Origin: Octopus sinensis
Lineage: Eukaryota
DNA length: 64,000 nucleotides
Direction: 5' to 3'
Assembly: GCF_006345805.1 (NCBI RefSeq)
Contig: NC_043012.1
Span: forward strand, 7,254,001 to 7,318,000
Positions 24,919 through 39,342 of this stretch are shown here, in pieces. The notes under the pieces were generated by a model. That model saw only the letters and a program-made list of their open reading frames with translations. It had not been told where the DNA came from and searched no databases. The position numbers were made by a program, and so were the translations under genes. Every line of letters starts with the position of its first letter. The stretch's first letter is position 1.

Positions 24919-27012
24919 GTATGTATATGTATATATCCTCACACAGACACGCACATACGGAAGGGGTATATACATACACACATACATACATACAATCACG
25001 TACATAGATACTTACGTATTGTGTATGTATTCCCTCTCACTGTATTTGGGATGCACATCCACACACACACTCCACTTGTGCTGGTATTAAACGTATCGTT
25101 AATAAATCAATCATATTTAATCGTCTTTTTACTTTTTTTTAATCGCTCTTCTCTGTTTTACCTACATTTTCCCCTATCTCTTTCTCTTTCTCTCCCCTCA
25201 TCTCTCTCTCCCCGGAATCTCTATCCTACCACCTTTATTCTTACTTTGCTGTTTTTGTTTGTTTGTTACTCATTTTATTGTTATTGCTGAATTTGTTATT
25301 GTTGTTGTTGTACTTTGCTATACATCCAATGGAAACTCTCCCTGTAAACACTCGTTTGAATATATCAAGGAAAATGTCATATTTCTCCCCCGATGATTCT
25401 CTTCCAGTTATACTCTTCAATTCAAAAGAAAAAAGAAACACTGATGCAGGCGTGGCTGTGCATAGCAGAACATTGTACAAGTGACTTCTACCATGGCTCC
25501 ATTTCCGCCAAAACCCGGAGCTGAAAGAAGCCCTGTAATTCTTTCTCAAATAAATTGCTCTTCATATTCGAGGCTCTGATGAAGCTATAAGGTGTTACGC
25601 AAGCACTCAATTATGGGTTCACTGCTTCTTATAGCAGAAACAGCTGCAAGCTAATGAAGTTCATACGATAATCATTTATTCTTTTGTCATCTCTCTTTCT
25701 TCTTATCGCTCTATACTCAGCTAACACTTCGTTCTGAAACATACGCGTATTGAGTCTTACACCAGGTTGTTAGTCTCACAATGCCTAAGTGATATATATA
25801 CATATATACATATATACGTGTAAGTGTGTGTGTCTGTGTGTGAGTGTGTTTGTGTATGAAAGAGAAAAAGAGACAGATAAGTGGGAAGTGAGAGAGAGAG
25901 AGAGAAGTAAAAAGGCAGATCAACGCAAGTAGGCTTCGTGAGCATAGTTATATGGAATACAAAATACAGCGTGGGTAATAAAGTAAACTTTGTCTTGACA
26001 GCTGTTTCGGGAGCACGATGACTTATGCTGTAACCACATTCATATGTAATAATGAGCATGATGTCGTAGGTGAGTGTAATAACATAAGTTCCCAAGGATT
26101 TGGTAGGCGAATCCAAGTCACCCTTAGCAGAAGTGGAATGGCAAATGTACTTATGTTTATCAGCCTATCTATCTCAATAACAGCTCGACATCTATCGTCC
26201 TTATAGCTAACTTTCAACACCGGAGGTACACGCTCTGGATGTAGGAGTTGGTGTTTAAGTTCTCATCCATCTGAGAACTGCTCTGTGATATCTTCATTTT
26301 TAACTTGATCTCTACAGATTTTCAATAAAAGTCAACACCAGTTCAGGAGCTACGACACCTCGTAAACAAATGCGCCTATGTAAACAATGTGATCGAAGAT
26401 AGTAAAATAGGGTATGGGTATACATGCATATTTCGACAGTTATTGCTCTTTCATCAGCACCACATCCAACCCATTGACTATTCACTAAATACCTATTGTG
26501 TTCTTGAGCAAGACTCTTTAGTCCTCGTTTTTCCATTTCACTGACAAAAATGAGTTAGCTGTATCTGTATATCAAAGAGCTAGCCTTGTTACATTCTGTG
26601 TCACGCTGAATCCTCTTCAGTTAAAGGCACGTGTGAGTGTAGAATGCTCAACCACTTGCACGTTAATTTCCCGAGTAGGCTGTATCGTTGATCAGATCAA
26701 GTGGAAACCTCGACTCTCGCAACTGACGGAGTGCTGGTCTCATATTCAGGATCACAAATTTGCAAGGTGTGATCAAGCGGTTTCATCAACTTCAAGAATT
26801 TTTGTGACCATCCAAAACAGACAAAAGCCTAAGTCAGCCTTATAAGTATTCGAACTCATATTCGGATGTGATACATCTAAATGGTTTAAGGAAATTTGAC
26901 CGACGCTTTATCAGTTCTTCCAATTCACTTCACCGTCTGCCAGCGGGAATTAAAAACCAGCTGATACTCATGAACGAGTCTGGTTTGGCAACATGTTTTT
27001 ATTAATTGCTTT

Positions 27013-27386
27013 AGGCGCCCATCTCTCGAATAACTTATCACCTTACTCTTTGCTACATTCACTTTCAGTTTCTTCCTCTCACACAGTCTTCCAAACTCTA
27101 CCACCAGTCTCCTCAGTTGCTCTTCCGAATCCGCCACCAGGGCTGTATCATCAGCAAACAACAACTGACTCACCGGCCATTTCTCTCCATTTTCTCCCTA
27201 CTCCCATTTCGGCTCCTCTACCAAAGGTTCTAGCATTCACCTTTCTCACCAAACAATCCATATATAGATTAAACAGCCACAGAAACATCACACAACCCTG
27301 TCTTAACCCCAACTTCACATCAAACCATTCACTGACATAGAGATCTTCCTGCACCTTCCACTCTTTGACCCAGTAGCACATACGGG
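27013..27386 (-). pseudogene. RTE-clade LINE reverse transcriptase fragment
   Basis: WFDVKLGLRQGCVM..WLFNLYMD and SQLLFADDTALVADSEEQL..LKVNVAKSKV. Confidence 0.85.
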
Positions 27387-29592
27387 CTTTGATGCTGAAT
27401 AGAGAGAGAGAGACAGACAGACAGAGGAGAGAGAGAGAGAGAGAGATATGAGGATCGGCAGAAACACTCGACAAATACACATTTCTACCTGATTACGCTG
27501 TTAGACTTGAAAATGAAGTGAATTGCACAAAGCCACAACGTGTCGGCAGGCCCAAGAACTGGACACGTGACATTATGGTCGTCAATCGAACACACCACGC
27601 TGCGCGCCTTCCCTCGGCAGAAATACTGATTTTTTCCTAAAACCATATGAGATCACGATTTATTTTGGCTGAGAAGACCAATTATATCGATTCCTAGACA
27701 AGATTCGAAACTAAATACTGAAGAATGATTTTTTGTTCGATGATACTTTAGCGATTTTGCTAATCCACAGATCTTCGACAGACGAAAATATTATGAAATA
27801 AATAAATATTGATTCAACTTTTGAAAACAAAAACAACAGAAATAAAAAAAAATAACTGGAAAGGAAGAGAAAAAGAGGTAGTCGTGGTGCTGTTGCTGGT
27901 GGTACTGCTGGTGCTTTCTGGTACCGGTGGTAGTAGTAGTAGCAGTAGTAGTAGTGGCGGCGGTGGTGGTAGTAGTAGATGAAACTATTTGGCGTGAAAG
28001 CAAATCAGATAATGTATCTGGGACTGAGTGTTTATCTCACATAAACAAATATAATGGTAATCAATGAGCAGAATAGACAGCAATAACAACAACAATAAAA
28101 GAGAAACAGCAATAACAACGTCGGCCAACTTTGTGGTCCGTCACAATACGAAGATCGCCACGGTAAAATGGCGACTTTCAGCAATATATAGACAGGTTCT
28201 TCTCCTGCAACGATACTAACAAAAGCTACGTGTCGAGAGAAAGAGAGAGAGAGGGAGATATGTTGATAGACAGACAGAGAAAGAGAGAGAGAAGGGGCAA
28301 TGACAGATAAATGTAAATGAACAAATATAGAAAAAAATGAAGAGAGAGAGAGAGAGTTTTACATAATAAGATAAATTCACGTTTCAAAATGGCGAATGTC
28401 TGGTACGAATATGTATATTTTTTTATGTTTCTGTGCGTTTATATACATGGATCTGTTACATATATCCGTATATGTGTGTGTGTGAGTGTGTGTGTTTGCG
28501 TGCGTTTGTAGCGTGTGTGTGTGTGCGTGTGTGCGTGTGTGTGTGTACGTATGTATTATACAAGTGGGCAATCATCCATTTTGTTATCAACACGTCTAAG
28601 CGATACAATTGTCTGTTATATACATCTATGTATATATATACGACAATATACATGTAATATGATATGATATACGATAAATAATATAAACGTATTATTTACA
28701 CTTCTAGTTTTTCTTACAGCTCTTTTCTCTCTCAACTGTGTACATTCATCGATTACTATCACCAACAAAAATTAGGTTATAACTACTGCCAATGATATCG
28801 CTAAAGGCAGAGAGCAGCCTATTTGTAGAAAAATCTGCACATTTTTGGAGCAAATTTTGAAAATCTTCAGAGGAAAACTCCGATAATATAATTTATTATA
28901 CTATATGGCTGTATAAAGAAAATGCCAAGAATAAAGCAATCTTGGTTCTAATGCATATCGAATTTTTTGAGAGTTGTTTTCGTATTTCCTGTATTGAAAA
29001 GCATCTGAAATAACCCTCAGTAAATATATGACGTAATAAACATACACACAAACACACATACATGCAAACACATGTGTACATATTCTCTTTTTGTTTTTCA
29101 GCATTTGGGTTGAGGCCATGCTGTAGCACCGTCTGAACGGTTTTTAATCGAACAAATAGAAACGGGTATATATATATTTTGCTAAAGTCTGAGGCGTATT
29201 CTATCGGTTTCGTTTGCTAAACCTCTAAGTTACGCAACGCAAACAAACAAATGCCGGTTGTTGATCGGCGTGAGTACAAATACAATGATTTCCGCACTCA
29301 CACTCACACACACTCAAACACACACGCACACACCACACGTACACGCACACGCGCGCACACACACACACACAGAGGTTTGGTAAGGCAAACAGGAAAAATA
29401 GAAAAGCTTGATATGCTAACGCGCGAGATTTGAATCACTCTGTTGCTTCTGCCAAATTATAATAATAATGATAACAATGGCTATCAAAAGTCTTTGACGT
29501 CTCGAGCCTACGCTCTTCAATAGAAACGGATGAGAGGGGAAAATGGAGCGAGAACGAAGAAACGGAGAGATAGAAACACGTGTAAGGAATAA

Positions 29593-29630
<38 letters not shown>

Positions 29631-30313
29631 TTTGTGAGTGCGTCTGTGTGTGTGTGCATATATGTGTGTGTGTGTGTGAGCATTTGAAATGCGTTGACTA
29701 ATAAGTGATCCAGTTGTTAATTAGAATTTCAAGTCAGTGAAGGGAAGGATGGTGTAACTTTTAGTTGACATGTTCACAAATCCCGACATGTTTCGGCTTT
29801 ATTACACCTTCACAGCAAAGTGTCATCTATTTATTCCAGTGCTTGTCAGATCTAATAAGATACGTTAAGTATGTGTAGATATACAATCAAGTTAATTCAC
29901 TGAATATATCGATCTAGAATGCTAGCAGCTCTACCTTCTATTTTCACTTGCTTTGGTTACTGGACTGCGGCCATTCTGGGGTATCGCCTCGAAGGGTTTT
30001 AACCGAAAAGATCTACCCTAATATTTTATTTTTTAAGTTTGATATTTATTTTATCGGTGTCTTTAAGCGAACCGCTATGTTATGGTGATGTAAACAAAGC
30101 AACTCGTCTGTCAAGCGGAAGGGTCAGAACGCAAACACCAGCATAGGGACACACACTTGCATATATATATATATATATACCTGTAAAACGAATGGAGTAA
30201 TTCGAAGTATTGCTTTGGTTCAATGGCAGAACGCCTGTCATATTTACTAGAGATGTAAGCTTGAGTCCGGCCAGTAGCCTCGGCTTTTTCTATCCAAACC
30301 ATTAAAATATAAT

Positions 30314-30949
<636 letters not shown>

Positions 30950-31935
30950 CACATTCTCGAACTTTCTAAATTCATATTACGTCAGGGGTTCAGTAAAAGA
31001 AACCGATAGAGTATGTACCTAACTGCAAGAAAAAAAAACAAAAAACAAACAAAGTACTGATGTCAGCTTGTTCGACTAAAACTCTACGAGATGGTGTCCC
31101 AGCATGGCCGCTGTTGGATGAGGGAAATAAGTAAATCCCAACTTGATTTGAACTCTGAATGTTAAGGCCCGGTACTTAAAAATCTGGAAAGCATTTTATC
31201 CGGTACTCGAACGAATCCGTGAATACATTGCTTTAAGATGTATAAGATTAAAACCAAGCAAAATCTGGTTTACCTCCTCTGAGCAATTCACCGCCTCGGT
31301 TACACATAGAGAAAAATTAAAATAAAACGAGTGAAGGACAAAGAAGACTGGGAGAAAGTGAGAAAGATAGAAAGGAACAATCAGAAAGTCTTTTCAAACT
31401 TTTGCTTAATGAACACTTCCCCCCAAAACGCCATACTGTCTGGTCAGGATTGCAAAGTTCTGGAATTGCTCGGTCTTCTATTTTGCGCCTAGTCACGTAC
31501 GACAGGCTTATAATTGTAAATATATTGATTCGTTATCTCAGCTCATGCCTACAAGTAAAGTAACATCCTCCGCTGCTGCTGCAGTTAGTATTTATATAAT
31601 ATATATTGTTTCTCTACGCTTCTTTCTTAACATCTCTGTCTGTCTGTCTCTTTCTCTGTCTCGCTTTCTCTCTCTCTCTTACTGTTAAGAGACTTTGTAC
31701 GTATTCGACATCATCTTTATCATTAATTGCAACCATGCGTTAGATTAATCTTTGTTTTTTTTTATTCACATAGGAAATACATAGCTAGCTATACATTTCA
31801 CACACACTCATACACACACACACACACACACACGCATACACACACATAAACACGCACACAAATGTCTAAATATATATATACACGTGTGGTGCGTATATAG
31901 TCATATATGTAGGTGCGTGCATGTATGTATGTGTG

Positions 31936-32064
<129 letters not shown>

Positions 32065-32549
32065 CATTATTATTATTATTATATTTTATGTTATTAAATT
32101 ACATTAGAAGAAAAAGCAAAACCAAGGCAGAACGAGTATCTCAAGTCATTCAGAATTATTTAATTAGGGCAAAGTGAATTTAAAGTCTTACAGACGTTTC
32201 TGGGATAACTCGAGTTGTAGGTTAGCGATACCGTGCACTGGGTATTCCGTCAACAGAGACAAGGTATGAATATTTTAGACAGGGAAGATTCACAGTTTAT
32301 ACGGAATAAAATAGAAGAACAAAGGAGTAAATTCAAGAATAAGGAGTAAAGGTAGAATAGAGGCGGGAGAAAAATGGTGTACATATTGTTGCTTTATACT
32401 CTGTGTTTCCACACATGTACCTGGCATCCAGCTCCAGATCTTCATACATATCTCGTAGCGATTTCGGAAAGCTTTCCAAAGAATCAATAAGTATCAATCC
32501 TAAAGCCTAGCGGACGACCAACTATAGAACTTACTCATCGTACCTATTC

Positions 32550-32862
32550 GTTCAGAGCTCAGAGCGTCAAGCGAGATTGTGAATTCGATTCCCGGACCGG
32601 GCTGCGTGTTGTGTTCTTGAGCAAGACACTTTATTTCACGTTGCTCCAATTTATTCAACTGTAGAAATGAGTTGTGATGTCACTGGTACCAAGCTGTATC
32701 GGCCCCTTTGCCTTTCCCTTGGATAACATCAGTGGCGTGGAGAGGGGACGCTGGTATGCATGGGCGACTGCTGGTCTTCCATAAACAACCTCGCCCGGAC
32801 TTGTGCCTGGGAGAGCAACTTTCTAAGTGCAATCCCATGGTCATTCATGACAAAAGGGGTCA
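32550..32862 (+). mobile_element. SINE family C
   Basis: Collinear with 60962-61297 over about 300 bp. Confidence 0.85.
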
Positions 32863-33597
32863 CCCTCACCCCTATATATATATATATTATATATATAATG
32901 CAAAATGGGACAAGAGCGCAAAGCATCCAAATAGACGATACAAAAAACACGGACGGGTCATTCGAAGCCTTTAATCTTCTGTCAAGAACCGGATCATCCT
33001 CGCAATTTCGGCTGATTAGTCTTGAGATTGCTCTAATCTGGCCAGCCCCAAGGAAAAACTAAGCTAAGGGCATTAGATTCCTTGGAAAAATGATCAAACG
33101 TATACGGAACAAGGACGGAAAAACGGACGATGTTACACGAATATAAATACAAAAATAATACAAAAAAAAATAATACAATATAAATATAAAAAACAATAAT
33201 AATAAAAACAGGACATAACAACAGGCGTCTTTCGACTGGAGACGAATTGAATTCAGCTAGCGCGTTGAGAATTAAGCCTTATGGCAGAGGAAAAGAAAGA
33301 TGTGACCGTGGTCGGGGTCCGACGCAAAAGGTCAGCGGTTACATGAGAAGAGAGAGAAAAAGAGGAACAAAGGAATTAAGGAGGGGGAGAAGAAAGAGAG
33401 AGAGCGTGTAGACCGAAGAATCAAGGATTGGCGAGAAAAAGAGAAAGACAGGGACGTAGTGAAGTGCAAAGTAAGAAAGGCAAAGAAATGTGAGAGAGGG
33501 AGAGAGAGAGAGTGAAGTCGTACAAAGTTTAGTGAAATGTGTACTTACATATAAGAGAACAAAGTATACGTACGCCGCTATATATATATATATATAT

Positions 33598-33847
33598 AAT
33601 AATAAATATTAGGGAATGAATCCAAATTTACAGGGAAAAATCAGATTTAGGGTTAAATCCAATTTTATAGTAAAATATATAATATAATTCAAGACAAAAC
33701 CACTATTTTAAAATCAAACAAGGAAAGACTTAATCAATACATAAAATTTTAATATAAATTAAATAAATTTATATTAAAATTTTATGTATTGATTAAGTCT
33801 TTCCTTGTTTGATTTTTAAATAGTGGTTTTGTCTCGAATTATATTAT
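33598..33847. mobile_element. Shorter fold-back of the 12.3-kb family (arms 33679-33760 and 33766-33847, tail 33598-33678)
   Basis: Shares GAGACAAAACCACTAT...GGAAAGACTTAATCAATACATAAAATTTTAATA and the 80-bp tail (reverse-complemented) with 12313-12710. Lacks the HHR. Confidence 0.9.
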
Positions 33848-33848
33848 A

Positions 33849-33965
<117 letters not shown>

Positions 33966-34819
33966 ACTTCAAGTATATTATACATTTATACTTTTATACT
34001 TACTGATCGTATATATGCACATATATCTGTGTGTTTCTGCATTATATATATACAGATATGTGGTGGGGGTGTAAACAGACAGATATACATATGTGTGTAT
34101 GTGTGTGTGTGTGTGTGTGTATGAATACACACACACAAATATATTGGTAGTCGTAACAGACAATAGAAAGCATTAATTTAATTTGTGTGAGTGTGAAGGT
34201 GGTGAGCTGGCCGAATCGTTACGGCGCTAGAAAAATTGCTTAGCGGCATTCCGTAGTCTTTACGGTCTAAGTTCAAATGCTGCCAGGGTCTCGACGTTGC
34301 CTTTCATTTTTTCGGAGGCCGATAAAATACCAGTTGAATACTGGGATCGATGTAATCGACTTACCTCTTACCCCGCAATTATTGGACTTGTGTCAAAGTT
34401 TCAAAACAGCAATTACTAATGGTTTTCTAACATGCTGTGTGTGTGTGTGTGTGTGTACAAGCTGCACATTTCAGGAAATGGAAAACTATGTAGACGCAGA
34501 GTGTAGCTTCAGTATTTGTAACCTTTGAGAGATTGACTTTACTTGGAATTTAATACTTTTCAAACTATCGAATGATGTTTTCCAGCAAGGTTGCAAGAAC
34601 CGTATAGAATAAAATATCATATCGTATATTATATTATATTGTATAAGTACATTAACTATGGTTTCAGTCAATCAACATTTTCGTGGACAAATATCTACAG
34701 TCGACCAAAAAGACCATTGAATTGAATCGTGACCAGGATAATTATGCAATCCATTTTAACGTATTATATACACGCATACATATTCACACTCACATTTATA
34801 TACATATATACATACATTC

Positions 34820-34854
<35 letters not shown>

Positions 34855-35028
34855 TATATATATATATATAATTTGAAAAGCTGAACGCGAAACCGGTCAT
34901 TTCTTCAAAAACTATGTCATTGTATGAAAAAAATTTATAACATTCTTCAGACATATTGACTCAAATATATATATTTTAAAACAAGCCTTCTGTAGTTTTT
35001 TCACTTTTTACTATTTTCTATATATATA

Positions 35029-35071
<43 letters not shown>

Positions 35072-35073
<2 letters not shown>

Positions 35074-35700
35074 CTAAGTTTTCAATGAAATGCAAGCGGC
35101 TGAACGGAAGGATTCTTAGAACTTATAGAACGAGAGATCAGGAAACCATGGTGGTCCTCTGGAGGACATTTGTCCTAAGCCGTTTCGCCTATTGCTTCCA
35201 GCTCTGGTCACCAGCGTGTGTAAAATTAATTCCAGAACTTGAGGCAATCCAACGAAGCTACACGAAGAAGATAGCCTCTAGGCAGCATATAAGCTACTGG
35301 GAAAGACTGAAGAGATTGAGACTCTATTCTGTAAAGCGTAGGCGGAAAAGATAGGCCATAATATACATCTGGAATATCCTACAGGAACATGTTCCAAACT
35401 TTGGCATCGAGAGTTATACTAATGCTAGAACAGGGCGCCAAAGACTCCAAATTTGCCATCAAGATATAGCTTGGGCTTTAAAAGCCCACAGTTCTTCAAT
35501 ATCCTCCCGAAGGACCTGAGGCACCTACATAGGGTCGATGTAGGTGTCTTCAAAATAACACTAGGCTTCTTACTAACAAGTGTCCCAGATGAACCAACTT
35601 CACAGCAAGAAGTGCAGATGAGGACAGTGGCATCAAACTCACTCATGTACCAAACGTCAATTTCTAAAAGGAATTAGTGAAGTAAGATTATGTAGCAACA
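35072..35700 (+). pseudogene. CR1-group LINE ORF2 3' end
   Basis: LWRTFVLSRFAYCFQLWSP..LEAIQRSYTKKI..SYWERLKRLRLYSVKRRRKR, and FNILPKDLR..VFK..VPDEP. Confidence 0.82.
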
Positions 35701-35988
35701 CCAAATGTAAACTCGTTGTTTACGTAATTCACTTGTTTTTCCCTCGTTTGTTTACGTATTTCATGTTATTTGCACCATTGGTGACGTCCTGCATCCGTGT
35801 ATGCATGTATGTATATATAATATATTATTTATCATATATATAAATACACTCACACTTATATATTATATTATTTATTATATTTATATATATATAGAGAGAG
35901 AGAGATAGATAGATATATACACACGCAACACACATATATTGTATATTATTTATTATATATATATGTATATATATATACACACATATAT

Positions 35989-36067
<79 letters not shown>

Positions 36068-36422
36068 CACACGCAACACACATATATTGTATATTATTTA
36101 TTATATATATATGTATATATATATATGCACACACACACATATATATATATTATATTATTTATTATTTATTATATATATATAAACACAACACACATATATT
36201 ATATTATTTATTTATTATATATACATACATCTATCTATCTTATATAATGGACACAGTTTGTGTGTCAAATAGCTATCTTAAGGCGATGGCCTCATGGGGC
36301 TAATCAGCGACAGCTTTTAGTCTTATACCTATAAGACTGCCATATTAATATGGCGATAACAATTAATTTCCAGTAACGCTGCCGTAATCTCTTTTAGAGA
36401 GACTTAGTAATTTTAATATTTC

Positions 36423-36501
<79 letters not shown>

Positions 36502-38328
36502 GTGTGTTTAGTGTTAACTTTCGGGCAAAAAAGAGGTACTCAATTTCATTATGCAGATTAATAAAATATTCTACTTTCGTTGAGTCTGTCTCTTACTATT
36601 CTGTAGGTACACAGTATCTCCATACACACACACATACAACACTTACACACGCATGCACGCACACACACTACACACACACACACATATGATATCACAATTC
36701 ATTGTTCTCCCTCTCTCTTAGTGTGTGTGTGTATACATGTATATACACGTAGATACTAGGAGAGGGAGAGCAGTAACCTGTGATATCCCTTGTAATTTGA
36801 AGATCATTAATTAACATGATGAGTGTAAAAAGCATTCGCTTCCGCAGCTGACCAAAACTGCAACTCCGTCTTCTATTGCCAGGGGCCTACATCGTATTCC
36901 ACAACATTTATCATAACATTATGCTTACACTCACACAAGGACACGAATTTCCCATAATGATTATAGTTGAAGGAATGCATTTTCCATTTTCTGTATACTA
37001 ATGCTAGTTAATCCACGGCTCCAGGTAAGCCGCCGGCACTGTTCGAATTTTAGAAGTATATGAGACGTAATTGAAAATGTCCGATTTGTTTCTTTTTTTT
37101 ATTTGGAGGAAGACCGAATTCTAATTCTGACGTTGTCACGAACTTCTGCATCTGTCCTGAAGGAAAACAGGCATTCAACGAACCTCTCTACAGCATCGCT
37201 ATTTTGCTATTTTCGTTCAGTTCCATCAGAAGGATTTAAGGCAAAAGAACTTGGCACTTAAAGAATCGGAACTAAATAGCGTAATGCATTTCTGCTATTT
37301 TGCTCTCAGGTGCAGACATGGCTGCATGGTTAAGAAGCATAATCTGCAACCACCTGGTTTCAAGTTCAGTTTTACTAGTTGCACTTTGGGTGTCTTTCAC
37401 TATAGCCCTGGGCCGTCCAAATCCTTGTGAGTAAATCTGGTAGACAGAACCTCTATAACAGAAGCCCGTTTGTTTGTTTGTGTGTGTGTGCGTCCACCAA
37501 CCTCGCGCTTGGCAACTGGTATCGGTTTGTTTACGTCATTGCGGCAAAATATTCCGATAAAATAAGTGCCAGGCTTGAAGAGAAAAATAAAACTGGTTTT
37601 TAACTTGGTACAAGATGATACATTCTGGCGGTAGGAGGGACGAGCCGGAGTTCTTAATCGATGGAAACTATGGCATGACCACAGAATGATAAAATGTGAA
37701 ATTTACATCGACCCGATTTGAACTCGGTTCTCACGGACCCATAATTTCATACTGTTCATGGCCCTAATACACGGCGGTTCGCTATACTGTTGAATTTATT
37801 TTAGATATCAAAATAATGTTCAAATCTTTACAGATTTCTTGCGGTAATTAAAGACATTGATTAATGTTAATTACAACCCACAGAAACAGTATTAATACTA
37901 AAAGATCAGAACACCGAATATTGCGTTATTAGCGTTGACAGATTCTCTTATATAGGCGCTTGGTGCGTAAGAGCATACATAGACATGCGCCAAGCGCCTA
38001 TATGAAGGTCTCACGAGGCTGACAACGCAGTATTGGTGTTCTAACAAGACATCTACGTAAACTGGATATAAATATTTCATGTTGTTTACGTGTTGCTACT
38101 GTTCAAACGTTTTAGAATGGGGGCAACTTTATAGCATCACTGTTAGGTTTCCAGTTGTGGTTTTCAAAGGGCAATTAATTGAACGCAGCAAGATATTTCA
38201 GTAGTTTCTAAATGAATATTGTCGCAGACCTTTTCTGCGATTTACCAATCCCTGCCAGCATAAATTTAATGCTAAATTCTTTCTGATTTTGACGCAAGGC
38301 CAGCAATTTTGAAAGGCAGGAAAACTCG

Positions 38329-38765
38329 ATGTTGAAAGAGGGTATCATTGTCAAACCACAAATTAGAGAAGTATTCAAAAATGTCAACGTCAAGGCAACA
38401 ATGGATGAACTGGAACTGCCTGCTCAGAATACTTTCAATCGGATCTGTGAGAATTTCTTGGACAACAAGAAGGCAATGGACCACAAGAATGCCATCAAGA
38501 ATCTTCTGAAATGTTACTCAGCAATGGGTTGTCGCATGTCACTGAAAGTCGAGTTCTTGGACTCTCATCTGGATTTCTTCGCAGATAACATTGGAGCTGT
38601 ATCTGATGAACATCGTGAATGATTTCACCTATATATTAGTTCTATGGAGACACGGTACCAAGGCTTCTAGAATGACAGTATGCTGGCTGACAACTGCTGG
38701 ACACTTTACCGTGATCAACCTGATCAGGAACACCGCAGGAAATCCAAATCACAATGGTTCTAATT
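38329..38765 (+). pseudogene. C-terminal DNA transposase fragment, Chapaev/CMC-like (tentative)
   Basis: LKEGIIVKPQIRE...NFLDNKK...GCRMSLKVEFLDSHLDFFADNIGAVSDEHRE*FH...METRYQG...MLADNCWTL matches a conserved invertebrate transposase motif string. Superfamily assigned from memory. Confidence 0.7.
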
Positions 38766-38886
38766 CTGTTCTTTGTCTGACCCATTTTTTGTGTATTCAC
38801 TCTTTGTAGAATGATAGTGATGATTTTTAACTCAATAAACTCATTTACGCTCTAAAAATAATATGTCCTTATTTATTACGTTAATG

Positions 38887-39042
38887 AGTGGTTGTGTGGT
38901 AAGTAGCTTGCTTACCAACCACATGGTTCCGGGTTCAGTCCCACTGCGTGGCATCTTGGGCAAGTGTCTTCTGCTATAGCCCCGGGCCGACCAATGCCTT
39001 GTGAGTGGATTTGGTAGACGGAAGCTGGAAGAAGCCTGTCGC

Positions 39043-39109
<67 letters not shown>

Positions 39110-39342
39110 GTGTGTGTGTGTATGTATATGTTTGTGTGTCTGTGTTTGTCCCCCTAGCATTGCTTGACAACCGATGCTGGCGTGTTTACGTCTCCGTCAC
39201 TTAGCGGTTCGGCAAAAGAGACCGATAGAATAAGTACTGGGCTTACAAAGAATAAGTCCCGGGGTCGATTTGCTCGACTTAAGGCGGTGCTCCAGCATGG
39301 CTGCAGTCAAATGACTGAAACAAGTAAAAGAGTAAAAGAGTA
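38887..39342 (+). mobile_element. SINE family A, near-consensus full copy (octopus OR-type CORE-SINE-like, tentative)
   Basis: B-box-like GGTTCAGTCCC, CORE-like TTGGGCAAGTGTCTTC, internal (TA)n(TG)n, tail ending AAGAGTAAAAGAGT. Confidence 0.85.

Noticed and set aside
25263-25484. ORF resembling a secreted prepropeptide (Leu stretch, KR site)
   Set aside because: Starts at TTG, the hydrophobic part is a TTG/TTA repeat, and the 3' end overlaps a decayed family A SINE head.
28180-28395. AAAATGGCG (YY1-like) motifs, and CCAAT boxes at about 4405 and 10158
   Set aside because: Short motifs expected by chance in 64 kb; no linked exon.
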